From Oikopleura dioica (lineage: Eukaryota > Animalia > Chordata): a stretch of DNA of 64,000 nt. A model generated the notes under the pieces. The model was given only the letters and a program-made list of their open reading frames with translations, made no database searches and was not told where the DNA came from. The stretch is from the NCBI GenBank assembly GCA_907165135.1, contig OU015569.1, positions 2,232,001 to 2,296,000 on the forward strand. Reading direction: 5' to 3'. Below, piece by piece: positions 61,701 to 64,000 of this stretch. The position numbers and the translations under genes are program-made. Numbering within the stretch: position 1 is the stretch's first letter; every line of letters starts with the position of its first letter.

Positions 61701-64000
61701 GGGAATTTTTTACCGGGAAGTAGAGATCTTTCGAAAAAAACTCGAAAACAGCAACGATCAGGAGGAAACATCGAGGACTACTGCTGATTTCGTCGAATGT
61801 CTTCTGATGGGCGTGGACTTCTACGACGATCTCGTCCGCAGCTGCGAGGAAAAATTCCAATTCAGCGTCAAGTACCACGAAAATCACGGAATCAAAGTCG
61901 CTCGGGCAAAGCAAGTGAAAGTGTGTCTATATTTGTGCCAACAGTTCTTCATCCACATGGGCGACCTAAGTCGATACATCGAACAGCTCGATAGAAGCGG
62001 TAAGCCGACTATATCTTGAGATAAAACTGCACGTTGACGCATTGAGAAAAAAATATATATTTCGAACTTTATCTGTGAAAATGAAAGAAATCGATTTAAA
62101 AAAGCAGAAATCGCGAACTCCTTTAATTGATGCAAGAGTAACCAGCAGAGAAAGAGGACAAAAAAGTGGCTGTGAAAAAAAGAGGTTGACTCATATTTTA
62201 AGCCCTTCCGCGTCTGTCACGCAAGATGCCAAATTCGCGTGAGTTCTACACGACGGCCAAAAACCTGGATCCTAGGCATGCGAAGCCCCATTACCAGCTC
62301 GGCGTCCTTTCCACCGAGCAGCAGAGACATTTTGAAGCGATCATTCATTACATTCGCGCCGCTTCTGTTGATAAGGGAGGTGGCAGTGGCACTGCAATGA
62401 GCCTCAATAAAGGTACTAAACTTTGTCGTTCTCAAATCGTTAGCATAAAAAATAGAGTTCGAAATGGCTCGCCGCGAAGCAGTGTCTTTCCTCGCCCGAA
62501 AGGAGCACCAAAAAGAACTAGCAAAAACACTGGACAATCGAGAAATCTGGTTCATAAAGAGAAAACTGCCGAATATGTCGAAAGAGCAGCTGAATAAGCG
62601 TTTTAAATTGACGTTTCTCGCAGCTCTTGGTCGAATATTCACTGGGATCGACGTCGCTATGGTCAAAGACTTTCTGGAACAAGCGTACAGTGATTTGGAC
62701 TCGCTCATTTCAATGACAAAGAATGGCGAAAGGCCATACATCCCCGCCGGTTTCCTCGTTGAATTGTCGATCGCCGCTGTCTTCGGAATTCAGCAAAGTA
62801 TCGAAAGGAAGCAAAACGAGAAGGACGCGTTGATGATGTTCTTCGGTCTCTTGGCGCTGCTCTGTAGAAGACTCAAAAACAAACTCAAGAGCTTGATGAA
62901 GACATGTCCGGACGGGGACATTTACATCATCGGGGACGGAATGTGTCGACTACTCGCTTTTGACGAGATTCAAAATCGTACGACCCATGTCTACCCGAAT
63001 CCGGGAAGAACGATCAACGAGATAAAACAGCGAGTTGAGCAGCTATCAATAACTACTGGTAAGAAAATGCACGATTTATATATGCCTGCCTCAAGCGTCC
63101 CTCCCAGTCCCACATGGTCTAGGGGTTAGGATTTCGGATTTTCACTCCGACGGCCCGGGTTCGATTCCCGGTGTGGGAGGACTTTTTCGTTTTTGATTTC
63201 TTACTGTTATTCAGGTCCTACTGTACCCATCTGCATCTTGCACGTCGGTAGCGAGGATTCATCGACTGCTCATCAGACAAAACCGGTTGAAGAGATCGTC
63301 ACGAACTTCCGCGAACTCGTTTCCGTCGTTAAGGTTCGTCAGAGGAAATGATTCAATAAAATTCAATAACTAAATTTACTTTCAAATAGTCGACCTTTCC
63401 AAACGCTGCGATTTACTTTTCTGAGATTTTCCCTCGCTGGGATCAGGACAGTTCCAGATCAGAAAAGCTCAATAATGAGATGTACAGAATTGCGCCAGAG
63501 CTAGGCATCAAATTCCTTCGAAACAAAGAAAATTTCAACAGGAAGGAATTATTCGTATTCAAGTATGGCTATCTTCAGATCTCAATTTTTTTTTGCTTTG
63601 AATTAGGGAGAAAGAACTGACGGTCTTGAGCGACAAGGGCAAGAAGCTATTTAGTTCGGAGCTCACCAAGGTAGACAAGAAGCGTTTCGATAGTACACTA
63701 AGGAATGAATTCTAGTGCATCGAAAAAGAGCTGTCAAGCCACAACGATTTCGGCCGAGCGCTTGAGAACGATCAAGTGAGCGCACTTCTGCCAGCAATGC
63801 GCATTCTCACCGAGTACTTGGCCACTCATCACCAACAGTAATGATTGAAGCAGTGATAGACAGTTACGGAGTTTTTAGCTCAATGTTCGCCAGCCAGAGG
63901 ATCCAAAATCTGGAAAGTGTAGGCAGCTGTGGAGCGATTTTCTCCGAGCTAGCGAATTTGATCTGCCACAAGGAACTCCCTGTTCACGTTTCTTCCACGA
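58709..64000 (+). CDS. SMG6: SMG6/EST1A-like NMD factor (EJC-binding motif, disordered region, 14-3-3-like/EST1 domain); PIN domain expected beyond the window
   Basis: KLRPEIQRYVPGK resembles the EJC-binding motif. VWKGIFYREVEIFR, GVDFYDDL, HMGDLSRYIEQ, SREFYTTAKNLDPRHAKPHYQLGVL, EAIIHYIRA, LLPAMRILTEY parallel SMG6 (LWKNAFYQVIEKFR, GSDFFDSL, QGDIARYREQ, ARSWYLKAQHIAPKNGRPYNQLALL, DAVYYYMRS, LLPSVKVWSDW). Confidence 0.85.
59449..60310. mobile_element. 862-bp MITE (CAAGG termini, hAT-like) inserted in SMG6 coding sequence
   Basis: caaggtctcggatttggtgtga... / ...tcacaccaaatccgagaccttg with ~170-bp imperfect arms. Exact TSD atccaagc (59441-59448, 60311-60318). Confidence 0.92.
62911..63730 (+). 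other. SGNH/GDSL-fold pseudo-hydrolase (OSK-like) domain encoded within SMG6 exons
   Basis: Spliced translation DIYIIGDGMCRLL...YPNPGRTINEIKQRVEQL...ICILHVGSED...KPVEEIVTNFRELVSVVKSTFPNAAIYFSEIFPR...EKLNNEM...IKFL...VLSDKGKKLFSSELTK shows SGNH blocks I, II, III and V with the catalytic residues replaced. Confidence 0.75.
63108..63179 (+). tRNA. tRNA-Glu (anticodon TTC), intronic
   Basis: TCCCACA/TGTGGGA acceptor stem, TCGGA-TT TTC AC-TCCGA anticodon arm, CCGGG-TTCGATT-CCCGG T arm. TTTTT Pol III terminator at 63183-63187. Confidence 0.97.

Noticed and set aside
63059-63129. ORF 62464-63129 reading into the tRNA
   Set aside because: A GT donor at 63059 and an in-phase acceptor at 63214 continue the SGNH-like frame, so the read-through tail is intronic.

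Overview
Compact, intron-rich animal genomic DNA. Many 40-50 nt introns, several GA-AG/GG-AG/GC-AG introns and splice acceptors directly before start codons point to the larvacean tunicate Oikopleura (inference). Gene models were assembled by hand across introns, and family assignments rest on motifs recalled from memory, not database searches. Genes from left to right: an unknown internally repeated protein; a secreted Thr-rich mucin; a secreted protein with 8 chitin-binding-type-2-like repeats; a small single-TM protein; a coiled-coil/RING E3; a RASSF9/10-like gene; a six-PDZ NHERF/PDZK1-like scaffold; a minus-strand operon-like run (RPL34, POLR1H/RPA12, ClC-3/4/5, SUDS3, unknown, KANSL2-like); CSPP1-like; and SMG6/EST1A-like, which runs off the window and has an intronic tRNA-Glu(TTC). 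Non-autonomous DNA transposons with 8-bp target-site duplications (hAT-like) are abundant. They include a 5,030-bp foldback element with ~1.08-kb TIRs and two opposed 57-bp tandem arrays inside a CSPP1 intron, and an 862-bp MITE inside what was a continuous SMG6 exon. The most unusual signal is an apparently catalytically dead SGNH/GDSL-fold domain, resembling the Oskar OSK domain and LINE ORF1 esterases, inserted in frame within the helical region of the NMD nuclease SMG6.
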